NCBI GenBank assembly: GCA_017481725.1
Contig: JAFUOX010000051.1
Coordinates: forward strand, 7,638-71,637
DNA from: Kiritimatiellia bacterium
Lineage (GTDB): Bacteria; Verrucomicrobiota; Kiritimatiellia; RFP12; UBA3636
Direction of reading: 5' to 3'
DNA: 64,000 nt
Shown here piece after piece: positions 1 to 10,641 of this stretch. Position 1 is the stretch's first letter. Each line of letters begins with the position of its first letter. A program made the translations under genes and the position numbers. The notes under the pieces were generated by a model, which was not told the DNA's origin, did no database searches, and worked only from the letters and a program-made list of their open reading frames with translations.

Positions 1-1508
1 TCCCATAGACGGAGTATGCTATCAAAATCTGAATGAGGAGACTTAAACTGAGCATGGGCTTGATTTGCTTTATCTAGCTCCTCTGCTGGGCGCACATAGA
101 CAGTTTCTCCAGAAAGATATGCAACGATTGTTAGAGCCTCGCTATATACGCCAAAATGCTTAGACTCAAAAAGTATGCGTGCAAGGCGTGGCTCAATGGT
201 CAGCTGAGCGATTGCTCTACCAAGTGGTGTTAGCTGATAGCTAGTTGGCGCATTTGCTGATGCAGGTGAATTTTCTACTGGGACAATTGCTTTAAGCCAC
301 ATCAATTCTTTATAGCCTTCACGCACAGCAACATTAGCCGGAGGTTCGATAAATGGGAAGGTAGAAATATCGCCAAGTCTTCTAGAAAGCATTGTTAAAA
401 TGGTGCCTGCAAGCGAGGTTCTACGTATCTCAGGGTCTGTAAATTCTGGACGCTTTTTGTAGTCCTCCTCTGAATATAGGCGGATACATAAACCCGGTGC
501 AATACGTCCGCAGCGTCCTGCACGCTGATTCGCGGAGGCCTGTGAAATTGGTTCAATATGGAGCTTCTTGATATGGGAGCGATAGCTAAAGCGACTTATG
601 CGAGCCACACCTGAGTCGATAACAATCTTAATATTTGGGATAGTGACAGAAGTTTCTGCTACATTGGTTGCAAGGATTACACGACGCTTACCTGGCACAA
701 GAGTAAAGGCACGGCGCTGCTCTTGAGGAGGGAGGCTTGCCATCAAGGGAATAATTTCACAATCCTTTAAAAAGCGTCCACGTAGAATCTCACAAGCTTC
801 TTTAATATCGCGCTCACCTGGCAGGAACACAAGAATATCGCCAGCAGCACCGGATTGAATTGCATTTACCACGGCATTAGAGACAATGCGAGGGAGCTCA
901 GCATCATCATCTGCATCCTCAGGCGGGAGATATTTGTAAGTAATAGGATATGTACGGCCTGAAATATGAAGCACAGGTGCATTATTAAAAAATTCACTAA
1001 AGCGCTGGGTTTCGATTGTTGCGGAGGAAATAATCACACGCAGGTCTTTGCGTTTAAGCAAGAGCTGCTTCAAGTAGCCGAGCAAGAAATCGATATTTAG
1101 GGTACGCTCATGGGCTTCATCTATCATGATGATGCCATATTGGCGGAGCATAGGGTCATTTTTTATTTCTGCTAGAAGAATACCATCGGTAACAAATTTG
1201 ATGCGATTATTTTTATCAGTTTGGCGCTGGAAGCGGTGTTGCCAACCAACGAGCTTTTGGTTACCAAGCTCCTCCTCTACTCGCTCTGCCACTGAAATTG
1301 TAGCAACGCGGCGTGGTTGGGTGCAGCAGATGAGACGTTTTTTCTCAAGCTCCATACAAAATTTTGGGAGCTGGGTTGTTTTTCCAGAGCCAGTTTCACC
1401 AGAAATGACAATAACTCTATTGAAGCGCATAGCATCAAGTATGCGCTGTTTATGAGCAAGAATTGGCAGGGAGAAGCTCTCCTCTTGGTTTTCGGTAGAA
1501 TCTGACAT
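1..1508 (-). CDS. hrpA: ATP-dependent RNA helicase HrpA (DEAH-box), N-terminal part; the gene runs off the window start
   Basis: Not in the supplied ORF track (edge-truncated). My own minus-strand translation from the ATG at 1508 stays open to position 1: MSDSTENQEESFSLPILAHKQRIL... Motifs: Walker A GETGSGKTTQ, DEAH box IMIDEAHERT, SAT motif, motif VI QRAGRCGR. Confidence 0.9.
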   Translation of the reverse strand, partial: MSDSTENQEESFSLPILAHKQRILDAMRFNRVIVISGETGSGKTTQLPKFCMELEKKRLICCTQPRRVATISVAERVEEELGNQKLVGWQHRFQRQTDKNNRIKFVTDGILLAEIKNDPMLRQYGIIMIDEAHERTLNIDFLLGYLKQLLLKRKDLRVIISSATIETQRFSEFFNNAPVLHISGRTYPITYKYLPPEDADDDAELPRIVSNAVVNAIQSGAAGDILVFLPGERDIKEACEILRGRFLKDCEIIPLMASLPPQEQRRAFTLVPGKRRVILATNVAETSVTIPNIKIVIDSGVARISRFSYRSHIKKLHIEPISQASANQRAGRCGRIAPGLCIRLYSEEDYKKRPEFTDPEIRRTSLAGTILTMLSRRLGDISTFPFIEPPANVAVREGYKELMWLKAIVPVENSPASANAPTSYQLTPLGRAIAQLTIEPRLARILFESKHFGVYSEALTIVAYLSGETVYVRPAEELDKANQAHAQFKSPHSDFDSILRLW

Positions 1509-1734
1509 AGGAATGGTACAGCAATTACATATTGGTAATGTGTAGATTTTATCACGAATACACTAATATTTGCAATAGAACATTGCCAAAAGAGCCAAGC
1601 TCCGCGAGAAACTGAAAATGCGATGTAATTTATGGCAACATCAATAATCAGCTAAATAAATTAGATGCACTTAATCCTCTTTTGTAGGGGACATATACTA
1701 CACTCATCCACCTTAAATGAGTTGAATATATTGC

Positions 1735-2922
1735 TTATCTAATTTTAAGTATCAGGATAAGCAAAATTGGCATTAGGACAAGCTGAATAATTAAAAATCT
1801 AATAACAACCTGAATTTTGCTCCATTTAAGTTCATTGCGGCAGTGATCATGAATAGGACATCTAAAAATAAACGCAATAAAATGATGGAAAGGAAGAGCA
1901 CGTTTTTCTTCCTTATTTGTTGGCACCTTGGTTATTCCAGCACCAATTTTCTTTAAGCAAGTAAGATATGCAAGCTTTATAATACCACAAATACCATCAA
2001 ACAAAACAACTGGCATAATTGCGAACAGAATAAATGGGTTACCAGTAACCATAATTGCAATTCCCACAAGCATACCCAAACCTCTTGAGCCAGCATCACC
2101 CATTAGCACTGAGCTTGGTTCTGCATTATACCAAAGATATGCTAGTAGGGCACCTGTAATGGTTGATGTAAGAATTGCCCAATAAGCACCATGTGGATTA
2201 TGTGGAATTAATAAATATGCAGCAATCCTTTCATGTCCAACAACACCATAGAGGAATATTGTTAAAACAATCAATGAGATAATGGTTTGAGTGCCTAGCA
2301 AGCCATCAATTCCATCTGAGCAATTTGTTGCATTTAAGCTTATTACTAAAACAGTTGTTGCAATTAATGTATAGGTAAACCAGCTAACTTCAAATGTGTG
2401 CTTGGTAAAAGGAATCCATAGCTCCATATTTTGAAACTTACACAAAGCTAGACCAGCTAAAAATGAAACAGCTATATCTAAAACGAGTTTTCTACCTCTA
2501 CTCCATGGTTTTGTGGCACGGTCATCAAAATAGCCACAAAGCATAGCAAGATAAATGCAGCCAACGCAAAGCCATTCGCTACTTAGCAGCATACTAAAGC
2601 CACGCCAAGAAAATTCTCCACTTTCTGTAAAAAACGCACTATGAGCATTTGGAAGAATTGGGAGCACAAAAAATAGAACTGGGAACACCAAAAGGAAAAA
2701 GATTATTCCGGCACCCGTTGGCTTGCCCTTTGAAAATTTTCCATCTGCGGTAAAGCTCTTGCCTCTATCTTGAGGCAGGCGATGCCACAAACGTGGTAAC
2801 AAAAAATAAGTAAGGCAAAGTGCAAGTGCAGCACCAATGCAAATTAAAACAAGATGCGATCCAAAGATACGAAGTGGGCCCAAGCCGCTAATATCGGAAA
2901 GATTTTTTAAGAGGTATAACAT
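1735..2922 (-). CDS. MraY-like phospho-sugar transferase (polyprenyl-phosphate glycosyltransferase family 4), divergent
   Basis: 395-aa polytopic membrane ORF. MraY-type motifs: NATNCSDGIDGLLG, VLMGDAGSRGLG, and a C-terminal PIHDHC..KWS..VVIRFLII (compare PIHHHFE..GW.E..V..RFWII). Not located in a dcw cluster. Confidence 0.7.
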   Translation of the reverse strand: MLYLLKNLSDISGLGPLRIFGSHLVLICIGAALALCLTYFLLPRLWHRLPQDRGKSFTADGKFSKGKPTGAGIIFFLLVFPVLFFVLPILPNAHSAFFTESGEFSWRGFSMLLSSEWLCVGCIYLAMLCGYFDDRATKPWSRGRKLVLDIAVSFLAGLALCKFQNMELWIPFTKHTFEVSWFTYTLIATTVLVISLNATNCSDGIDGLLGTQTIISLIVLTIFLYGVVGHERIAAYLLIPHNPHGAYWAILTSTITGALLAYLWYNAEPSSVLMGDAGSRGLGMLVGIAIMVTGNPFILFAIMPVVLFDGICGIIKLAYLTCLKKIGAGITKVPTNKEEKRALPFHHFIAFIFRCPIHDHCRNELKWSKIQVVIRFLIIQLVLMPILLILILKIR

Positions 2923-3006
2923 TGTTTAGGAGAGAAAAATAATTTAGAGAAAAAAATATGCTGGCACTATATTTTAGGGCAAGCACTAAGAGAATTGAGA
3001 AAAAAA

Positions 3007-3083
<77 letters not shown>

Positions 3084-3230
3084 GCAAATACGGTTGTATA
3101 TATTATGTTTTTTTGAGAAATATCTCAAGAAAAAAATATGTTTTAGTGAATGATTTATAGTTTTTTTTGGAAAAATCCTTAAACTTTTCGAAATAAACCA
3201 TTCAGAGAGATTGAAAAATGGTCACAAAAA

Positions 3231-4064
3231 TTAAGAATTATGTTTAGAATAGATTTGCTTTCCAAGTTTCTGAACAATTGCAAGCTTCTCTGAAATTGTT
3301 TTTACTTTATTTAGGCCTGCATTTGTATTAGATTCCAAGCAGCGAAGACCGCGCCTCAAATGACCAGCCATATCAGACCAACCCAGCTCTTGGGCAGAGC
3401 CAAGCACAGCCACATTTAAGATACCAATTTGGTATGAGCCACCATAGACATCACCCCAACCACCTAGCTCTGTTTGATTATTGCGAATATAGCCCAATGC
3501 TGCATCAAGAGGTGTAAAAACTTCTGGGAAAGCACCTGATTCATAAAGCTTAATGAGCATTAGTGTTGCCACGGAATGGTTATAGTTATTTTCGCCATCC
3601 GCAAACACATCGCCAAGAAATCCATTTGCTTTTTGGTTGCTTACTAGCATATTAACAAGGCTAGCAAAACGTTCTTCTGCAGGATCAATTTCATTAGCAT
3701 CTAGCTGCTGAAGCATGGCAACTGCATCATAGATTGTGGTTTGTGTATTAGACTCTGCCACAGGCATTTCTAAAATGGTAGCATTTTTCTTGGAAGAAGC
3801 AAAAGTAGCCTCATCTGGTTCAATTGGTTGATTGGACATCACAACACCCAAGCCAACGCACAATGCCACTGCTGCTGCACCAACACCAATGCCTGAGTAT
3901 AACATACGCTTATAGAATTGCTGAGCAAGAAACTTCTCATGCTTTACAGCAGACATAACCTTATCAGAAATGTCAGGAAATTGCTTCTCTGGCACAGCTT
4001 TTAGCTTAGAAATTATATCATCATAATTGGTTGGCATATCTTTTCCCTGTTTGGCGTCACTCAT
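3231..4064 (-). CDS. Putative anti-sigma factor: single-pass membrane protein with an extracytoplasmic alpha/alpha-repeat (prenyltransferase-like) domain
   Basis: Lies directly downstream of the ECF sigma gene (17-nt gap). Central TM GIGVGAAAVALCVGLGVVM. C-terminal GGWGDVYGG-type repeat motif. The function is inferred from position. Confidence 0.5.
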   Translation of the reverse strand: MSDAKQGKDMPTNYDDIISKLKAVPEKQFPDISDKVMSAVKHEKFLAQQFYKRMLYSGIGVGAAAVALCVGLGVVMSNQPIEPDEATFASSKKNATILEMPVAESNTQTTIYDAVAMLQQLDANEIDPAEERFASLVNMLVSNQKANGFLGDVFADGENNYNHSVATLMLIKLYESGAFPEVFTPLDAALGYIRNNQTELGGWGDVYGGSYQIGILNVAVLGSAQELGWSDMAGHLRRGLRCLESNTNAGLNKVKTISEKLAIVQKLGKQIYSKHNS

Positions 4065-4080
4065 AACACACCTCGCGTTA

Positions 4081-4644
4081 TTATTTTTCTTTAGAGAGAT
4101 ATGCTTTTAAGCGCTCAAGACCAACAGACACGCGGGATTTTATTGTCCCGAGTGGCACACCCAAAATATCAGCCGCTTCTTGATAAGCCATACCTTGCAT
4201 AACAACAAGAACGATTGTTTCGCGCAGGGCTGGAGTAAGAGTATCCAAGGCAGCTAGTACATCATCCTCCTCACCTTTATGCTCATTGGGTGACTCAAAT
4301 TGCGGTGCGTCCTCACTATATTTTTCAAGCACATTGGCTCTACGCTCTTGCTTTCTAATATAATCAATCAATACTTGGCGGGCAAGCAAATATAGAAAGG
4401 TCGTAAATTTAGCCTTGGCTTCATAGGTTGAGCGAACACGATACAATTTGAGAAAAGTCTCTTGTGCGATATCCTCTACATCACTATAAACGCCACAACG
4501 ACGAAAAAAGTTCATCAAAGCATTTTGATGTTTTTTTACAATAGAGGAAAAAGCATCCAGCTCGCCTGCTTTTGCAGCGAGCATTAGGGAGACATCCTCC
4601 TCTGCTGATTTATCTTTTTCCTCATTCATCTGGTTATGCGCCAT
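4081..4644 (-). CDS. ECF (sigma-70 family, group 4) RNA polymerase sigma factor
   Basis: 187 aa. Region 2 reads FLYLLARQVLIDYIRK; region 4 HTH reads MAYQEAADILGVPLGTIKSRVSVGLERLK. Confidence 0.85.
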   Translation of the reverse strand: MAHNQMNEEKDKSAEEDVSLMLAAKAGELDAFSSIVKKHQNALMNFFRRCGVYSDVEDIAQETFLKLYRVRSTYEAKAKFTTFLYLLARQVLIDYIRKQERRANVLEKYSEDAPQFESPNEHKGEEDDVLAALDTLTPALRETIVLVVMQGMAYQEAADILGVPLGTIKSRVSVGLERLKAYLSKEK

Positions 4645-4730
4645 TAAAAAACACTACGCTGCACCTACAATGCAGCGCATAATCGAATACATCAATTGCT
4701 TTTTATGAACCAAAATGTTCTTTTTAGGGG

Positions 4731-5480
4731 TTAGCGCGGAGTTAGAATTTCTGCACCAGTTGCTGTTACAGCTACCATATGCTCGAAATGAGCTGCTGGT
4801 TTTTTATCGCGAGTAACAACAGTCCAACCATCATTTAAAGTTTTAACGTGGCGAACACCTAAATTAAACATTGGCTCAATGCAGATTACCATACCCTCTT
4901 TAAGCAGAGGTCCACGCCCAGCAATGCCATAGTTTGGAACAGGAGGATCCTCATGCATTGCTGCACCACAGCCATGCCCAACAAATTCACGGACAACACC
5001 GAGGTGAGCAGCTGTTGCCACCTTTTCAACTGCATGTGAGACATCACCCAAACGAGCACCTGGACGTATTGCTGCAATACCCGCTGCAAGAGCTTCCTCT
5101 GTTTTATTTACAAGGCGAATTACATCTGGATCGGTAACTCCAACCATTACAGTTTTGGCATTATCACCAACAAAGCCATTATACCAAACACCAACATCGA
5201 TGCTTACAACATCGCCCTCTTTAATCTCACGGGGACCAGGTATACCATGAATCACAACCTCATTGATTGAAATACAGGTTTGTGCTGGATAGCCATAGTA
5301 ACCGAGGAATGCACTTTTAACACCAAGAGATTCCATGGTAGAAAGAGCAATATCATCAAGCTGCTTTGTTGTAATTCCAGGGACAACAGCATCACAGGTC
5401 ACACGCAACACTTCTGCTGCGATACGACCTGCATGACGCATAATCTCCAGCTCCTCAGGAGTTTTGATTTTTATATCCAT
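4731..5480 (-). CDS. map: Methionine aminopeptidase, type I
   Basis: 249 aa. Metal-ligand context: VVSIDVGVWYNGFVGDNAKT, FVGHGCG, ICIEPM, HFEHMV. Confidence 0.95.
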   Translation of the reverse strand: MDIKIKTPEELEIMRHAGRIAAEVLRVTCDAVVPGITTKQLDDIALSTMESLGVKSAFLGYYGYPAQTCISINEVVIHGIPGPREIKEGDVVSIDVGVWYNGFVGDNAKTVMVGVTDPDVIRLVNKTEEALAAGIAAIRPGARLGDVSHAVEKVATAAHLGVVREFVGHGCGAAMHEDPPVPNYGIAGRGPLLKEGMVICIEPMFNLGVRHVKTLNDGWTVVTRDKKPAAHFEHMVAVTATGAEILTPR

Positions 5481-5489
5481 TTTATAATT

Positions 5490-6677
5490 TTACTTTACAA
5501 TGTGAGCTCCTTCGGAGCACTTGATTGTACGGATATCACAACGCTGACTAAACTTGTTTGCGTAGATATTATGTAGAGCGACCGCTGCAGCATCAGCATC
5601 TTCTATTTTAACCATAACAACTACACTGCCACCAAATCCACCGCCAGACAAGCGAGCACCAAGCACACCAGGAATACCCTTTGCACCATCAACAAGTACA
5701 TCTAGCTCTGGGCATGAATTTTCAAAATAATTTACAGAGCTTGCATGAGACTCAAACATTAACTTACCAAAGCCCTCTAGGTCATTATTGCGCAAAAGCT
5801 CAACAGCAGAAAGAACACGGTCATCCTCACCAATTGGGTGAGCACTACGCTTTGCAACAAGAGGCTCCATTTCATCTTTATGCTTTAGCCATTCCATCCA
5901 TGTAACATCACGAAGAGCTGTTACTGGGTGATCAAGAGCTGATGCAAAATATGCTGCAGCCTGCTCGCACTTTTGGCGGCGCTCATTATAAGCACCATCA
6001 ACAAGAGCATGCTTTGCATTTGTGTTACACATTAGGAAGCAGACATCTGAGCTGATATTAACATTCTTAATTTCGAATGTACGGAAGTCACTCCACACAA
6101 GTGCATCCTTAAAGCCATAGATGCTAGAAACCTGATCAAGCAAGCCACACTTAACACCAGCAAACTCATGCTCAGACTTTTGACCAATCCTTGCTAAATC
6201 TAGCTTACTTACTTCAATTCCATAAAATTTAGAGAAAGCCAAGCCTGCTGCAACCTCAAGTGCTGCAGAGCTAGACAAACCAGAGCCTAGAGGGATATTG
6301 CCTAGGAACATTGCCTTAAAGCCACAAGTTGCAGGCTTTATTTTATTGAAGCCAGCAAGCACGCCCTTAACATAGTTTGACCACATATATTCGCGAGATA
6401 CAGTTGGAGCTGCAGCATCAAAGGTTGCCTCCTCCATAACATCACCAGCAGTCAAAAATGATTCTGTACCAGATTCTCCTGTTGGAGCAATCGCAAAGAA
6501 TGTTCCATAGTTAATCGCTGCAGAAAGAACATAGCCCTCATTGTAATCAGTGTGATTACCAAGGATTTCTACTCTACCAGGAGCATAGGATACTACCTCT
6601 GGCTCTACTCCATACTTTGCTACGAATTTATTGATTAGAATGTCATAAACACTCTTATTTACAATTTCCTTCTCCAT
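5490..6677 (-). CDS. galK: Galactokinase (GHMP kinase)
   Basis: 395 aa. Galactokinase signature GRVEILGNHTDYNEGYVL and GHMP motif PLGSGLSSSAALEVA. Confidence 0.9.
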   Translation of the reverse strand: MEKEIVNKSVYDILINKFVAKYGVEPEVVSYAPGRVEILGNHTDYNEGYVLSAAINYGTFFAIAPTGESGTESFLTAGDVMEEATFDAAAPTVSREYMWSNYVKGVLAGFNKIKPATCGFKAMFLGNIPLGSGLSSSAALEVAAGLAFSKFYGIEVSKLDLARIGQKSEHEFAGVKCGLLDQVSSIYGFKDALVWSDFRTFEIKNVNISSDVCFLMCNTNAKHALVDGAYNERRQKCEQAAAYFASALDHPVTALRDVTWMEWLKHKDEMEPLVAKRSAHPIGEDDRVLSAVELLRNNDLEGFGKLMFESHASSVNYFENSCPELDVLVDGAKGIPGVLGARLSGGGFGGSVVVMVKIEDADAAAVALHNIYANKFSQRCDIRTIKCSEGAHIVK

Positions 6678-6681
6678 AGTA

Positions 6682-8019
6682 TTATCCTCTAATGATTGCT
6701 AGCACTTCATCGCGCTTTGCTTCCATCATTTCCTTTGTTTTTGCCTCAAGATTTAAGCGGATCAATGGCTCCGTATTAGAACAACGAACATTGAACCACC
6801 AATCATCAAATTCTACACTGATACCATCAAGCTCAAATTCCTTACCATCCTTGCCATAGGTATCCTTAAGCTGAGCAAGAACCTTATCAGCAACTTCTTT
6901 AGAAGCAAGGCGTGTATTGATCTCGCCACTAGCAAAATAGCGCATAATTGGCTTAATCATTTCTGAAAGAGGCTTATCAGACTTGCTTACGATATTTGCA
7001 AGAGAAATTGTTGCCATAGCTGAGCTCTCTGCAGTTGAGTTTGCCTTAAAGTAGTAGTGCCCACTGAGCTCACCAGCAAACACAGCATCATTCTCGCGCA
7101 TTTGGCTCTTAATAAAAGCATGGCCAACACGGCTCATCATAGGCACACCACCTGCCTCTTGAATAACCTCTTTAACAGCCCATGAGCTGCGTAAATCATA
7201 AAAAATTACTGCTCCTGGGTTAGTTGCAAGAATATCCTGTGCGATTAATGCAGTCATAATATCCATTGGGATAATTTCGCCACGTTCATCAACAAAGCCA
7301 GCACGGTCAGCATCACCATCAAATGCAACACCAAAATCAAAGCCGCCCTTCTTAACTGCAGCACGCAAATCATCAAGGGTTTCTGTTTTTAGAGGATTTG
7401 CCTCATGATTAGGGAAAGAACCATCTGGTTCATCATAAAGAGGCACTATTTCAATTGGCAATCCTTCAAAGGTTTTTGCTTCCCAAATACCCATTGCATT
7501 AGCAAAGTCTGCAACAATGCGAATTGGGCGTTTAATATCTGCAACCTTGCGAAACTCTGCAGCATATGCATCTGACATATCAATCTGCTCAATCTTACCC
7601 TTTTGAGCAGCCTCAGGAGCAAAATTACCTTCCTTAATAATTTTCTCAATATCAGCAATACCAGTAACACCGCTAATAGGCACTGCATTTGCACGTGAAA
7701 GCTTAAAGCCATTATACTCACCTGGATTATGAGATGCAGTAATCATAATACCAGCATCACAGCCTAGCTTTGAGTTTGCATAATATGAGATTGGTGTTGA
7801 GCAAAGACCTAAATCAACAACATCAGCACCAAGATCATTTATTCCTCTTGCTAATGCTTCAAAAAGAGGCTGTGAATGTGGGCGAATATCTCGACCAACT
7901 GCAACCTTGTGACAACCCAAAAATGTTACAAATGCGCGACCAATATCGTAAGCTAATTCTTCTGTTAATTCTGTTCCATAGATGCCACGAATGTCGTAAG
8001 CCTTAAAAACTCCTGCCAT
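6682..8019 (-). CDS. Phosphomannomutase/phosphoglucomutase (alpha-D-phosphohexomutase)
   Basis: 445 aa. Active-site loop TASHNPGEYNGFK and metal loop FDGDADR. Confidence 0.9.
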   Translation of the reverse strand: MAGVFKAYDIRGIYGTELTEELAYDIGRAFVTFLGCHKVAVGRDIRPHSQPLFEALARGINDLGADVVDLGLCSTPISYYANSKLGCDAGIMITASHNPGEYNGFKLSRANAVPISGVTGIADIEKIIKEGNFAPEAAQKGKIEQIDMSDAYAAEFRKVADIKRPIRIVADFANAMGIWEAKTFEGLPIEIVPLYDEPDGSFPNHEANPLKTETLDDLRAAVKKGGFDFGVAFDGDADRAGFVDERGEIIPMDIMTALIAQDILATNPGAVIFYDLRSSWAVKEVIQEAGGVPMMSRVGHAFIKSQMRENDAVFAGELSGHYYFKANSTAESSAMATISLANIVSKSDKPLSEMIKPIMRYFASGEINTRLASKEVADKVLAQLKDTYGKDGKEFELDGISVEFDDWWFNVRCSNTEPLIRLNLEAKTKEMMEAKRDEVLAIIRG

Positions 8020-8304
8020 AATTAAACTCCAAATTTTTATATATACACTAAAATAGTATTTAAAGACAATATTTTAACCTATAAAAACGGCACACTCAAG
8101 AAAAAAAACAAAAAAATCAGCAAACGAAAGCATCTGTTTTTTACCCACAAGCAAGCGTGATGCTTGTGGTCACTAAATGTGCACTTCTTCTCACCTAGCG
8201 ATAGTGGCGTAGAGCACGCACAAATCGCAAAGCTCTACGTGAAGGCCGGCCTATGCCGCGGAGCGAGAAATAAATCCATCTCAAAGCATATTCTTGGTTG
8301 CTAG

Positions 8305-10629
8305 CTATTTAACATAAAGAGCATAGAGCTGACCAGCATAGAAATCTAACTCTATTTTTCCATCCTCTACCTTGTAAATTTCACCCGTAACACGGTTCTC
8401 CACCTCCGTTGCATTAGGGATATTGACTACAGCAGCCTTGATATCTGAATAGCCCAAATTTGCAACTGCATAGAAGGTTCCCTGACCATTTGTTGGATAT
8501 GTACGGGCATGAATATCTTTATTTTCAGATATTCCTGCTAAACGATAACTAGGCACTGCTGGTAATGCCAAAAATGCTTGGTTAAAGCTTCGATAATACT
8601 CTGGGAATAAACGACCAAAATTAACTGGAGCAAGATAGCCAATGTAACGAGGGTCGCCATAAATTACTGCCTGTACCTCAGCCATTGGGCCAAACTTGCC
8701 TGCACGGTCAAACTGTCCACAGAAATAACCAAGAAGCTCGCCTTGATTTTCTTCTGAAAGCTTATAATAAAGATTATTCTCATTCAAGGAATAATGACGA
8801 ACCATCATTAGACCATCCTTTGCACGGAATGTTTCCATATCGTGCTCATTCTTTGTGGTATACATTCTATTGAAGGAATAAGACATAAATGCACCATTTG
8901 TGTCCTTGTAATTCAATGGATCTGGCTGTGGGCAACCCAAATCCCAGCGCCACTTACCCCAAGTCCACAATGGAGATTGAAGCGTTGTGGCATACTTGTC
9001 TATAGCCTCCTGCATTGGATAAAATTTAAAACCAGAAACATCTGCAACCTTATCTGCATCAGCCTCTAATAAGGCACGAATTTCTGCCTTATTAAATTGT
9101 TCTGTATATTCCTCTGGTTTATCTGCAGCAACACCATCAATACCACAGCCTCTACCAGGCTCTGAAGCATCTGTTGTATAGAAAACTACAGCTTCCTTAT
9201 TTACACTTTTGCGAAGATAATCTCTAACGGTTACAATCCATTCCTTACGCTTCAAAAGGAACCAATCGACATAAGCCTTTAATAGCTCAGGATCATTTTG
9301 TAGCTGCTCTCTAGTTACACTAATCTTTGTTTCTAACTTATAAACATCAAGATCCTTATCGCTAAAGCTAATAGGATTTGCCTCTGGGCGTGGGCGGAAC
9401 CAAGCTCCCAAAAAGTTTAGCTTGCCTTTAAATTCCTTTTGTCTAGTAAATTTGCCCATTGTGGCATTCATTAACTTTTTAACATCTGTTTTAAATGTTG
9501 AATCTGCAAAATCAACATTAGCGACAGGATAACCAGACCAACTAATATGGGTATATTTTTTTGTTCCATCAATATTAACACAAACGCAGCGAGAACCCAT
9601 TGCCTTATTTAGATCACCACCTCGGCTACCAGCATACTCATAATAAGGAAGAATATACAAATCTGGATGCTCAGAAAGCATTGTAAGGATATTTTCCCAG
9701 CGTTGTGGTTCTGATGTTTGATAATACCAATCATTTCCACCAAAAGGAGAAGAATCCCAGCACTGATTATGACCAAATTCAAGCATATCTTGGCAATATG
9801 TATTCATTGCCAAATAATGAATTAAATTCACCTTATAGCGGTAGAAATCTACTGCATTTTTAATTGGTCTAGATTCTGGGCTACCAGAAACTGGTCCATC
9901 ACCCATTTCCTCACGCCAAAATAGATGGCGGCGAGGCAAGCCTTCTGGAGGATAATTGATTTTAGCAACTAGTGCATCAGGATTTCCTACCTCATAAAGA
10001 GCAATACGATAAACAGCAGTACCAGCATTAAATGGATCACCATTTGCACCAAACTGTGCGATAGCAACAACAAAACCATCCTCAGGCAAGCGGTCTGTTG
10101 TTTGACCATTTCTAAGAATAGATTTTTCTGTATCAGCAGTTCTATCATGCAAATACATTAGCTGAGTTGCTGTTTCAAATTTTCCAGATAAAGGGTAATC
10201 AATTAGCTCTGGATTTGAGCTAACATATCGTGAACCCAAGCTATCACCAAAGGTTCTACCAGTAGAAAGACCAAGTCGTGTGCTATCTGCAAAATTGTTA
10301 ACCACAAAAGAACGAGGCAAATCTTCAGGATATTCAATTGCAAGAAAATATGCGGCACCTGCCTTTAAGCCCTTACCTCTACCAATTTCATATGCAAAAT
10401 AGCCTGCACGTCCAGACTCGATTGTGCGACATTTCTTACCCAAGATTTCCTTCACTGCAACATTGCCAAGCTCGTGCTCTGTATACTTATGAGTAGTATC
10501 CTCTGCACAAATAATCTCATCTACAAGCTTCAACTGATAATCTGGATTATTGATTGGATTTAATGGATGAGCAAGAGCAACACACTGTGCAAATGCTAGT
10601 ATTGATAATAGCCTTAATTTCATAAGCAA
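8305..10629 (-). CDS. Secreted protein of unknown function (signal peptide); possibly glycan-active by context
   Basis: 774-aa ORF with N-terminal MKLRLLSILAFAQCVALA. No motif I recognise. It sits between the GH42 beta-galactosidase and the PMM/galK genes. Confidence 0.5.
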   Translation of the reverse strand: MLMKLRLLSILAFAQCVALAHPLNPINNPDYQLKLVDEIICAEDTTHKYTEHELGNVAVKEILGKKCRTIESGRAGYFAYEIGRGKGLKAGAAYFLAIEYPEDLPRSFVVNNFADSTRLGLSTGRTFGDSLGSRYVSSNPELIDYPLSGKFETATQLMYLHDRTADTEKSILRNGQTTDRLPEDGFVVAIAQFGANGDPFNAGTAVYRIALYEVGNPDALVAKINYPPEGLPRRHLFWREEMGDGPVSGSPESRPIKNAVDFYRYKVNLIHYLAMNTYCQDMLEFGHNQCWDSSPFGGNDWYYQTSEPQRWENILTMLSEHPDLYILPYYEYAGSRGGDLNKAMGSRCVCVNIDGTKKYTHISWSGYPVANVDFADSTFKTDVKKLMNATMGKFTRQKEFKGKLNFLGAWFRPRPEANPISFSDKDLDVYKLETKISVTREQLQNDPELLKAYVDWFLLKRKEWIVTVRDYLRKSVNKEAVVFYTTDASEPGRGCGIDGVAADKPEEYTEQFNKAEIRALLEADADKVADVSGFKFYPMQEAIDKYATTLQSPLWTWGKWRWDLGCPQPDPLNYKDTNGAFMSYSFNRMYTTKNEHDMETFRAKDGLMMVRHYSLNENNLYYKLSEENQGELLGYFCGQFDRAGKFGPMAEVQAVIYGDPRYIGYLAPVNFGRLFPEYYRSFNQAFLALPAVPSYRLAGISENKDIHARTYPTNGQGTFYAVANLGYSDIKAAVVNIPNATEVENRVTGEIYKVEDGKIELDFYAGQLYALYVK

Positions 10630-10641
10630 ATTCCCTTAAAA

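Noticed and set aside
8130-8290. Two hairpins (CCACAAGCA-N7-TGCTTGTGG and CGTAGAGC-N16-GCTCTACG) in a G+C-rich intergenic patch, considered as terminators or as members of the repeat family
   Set aside because: The T-run lies on the wrong side of the first hairpin for the minus-strand genes. I could find only trivial similarity to the 37.5/49.8 kb repeat modules. Left unassigned.
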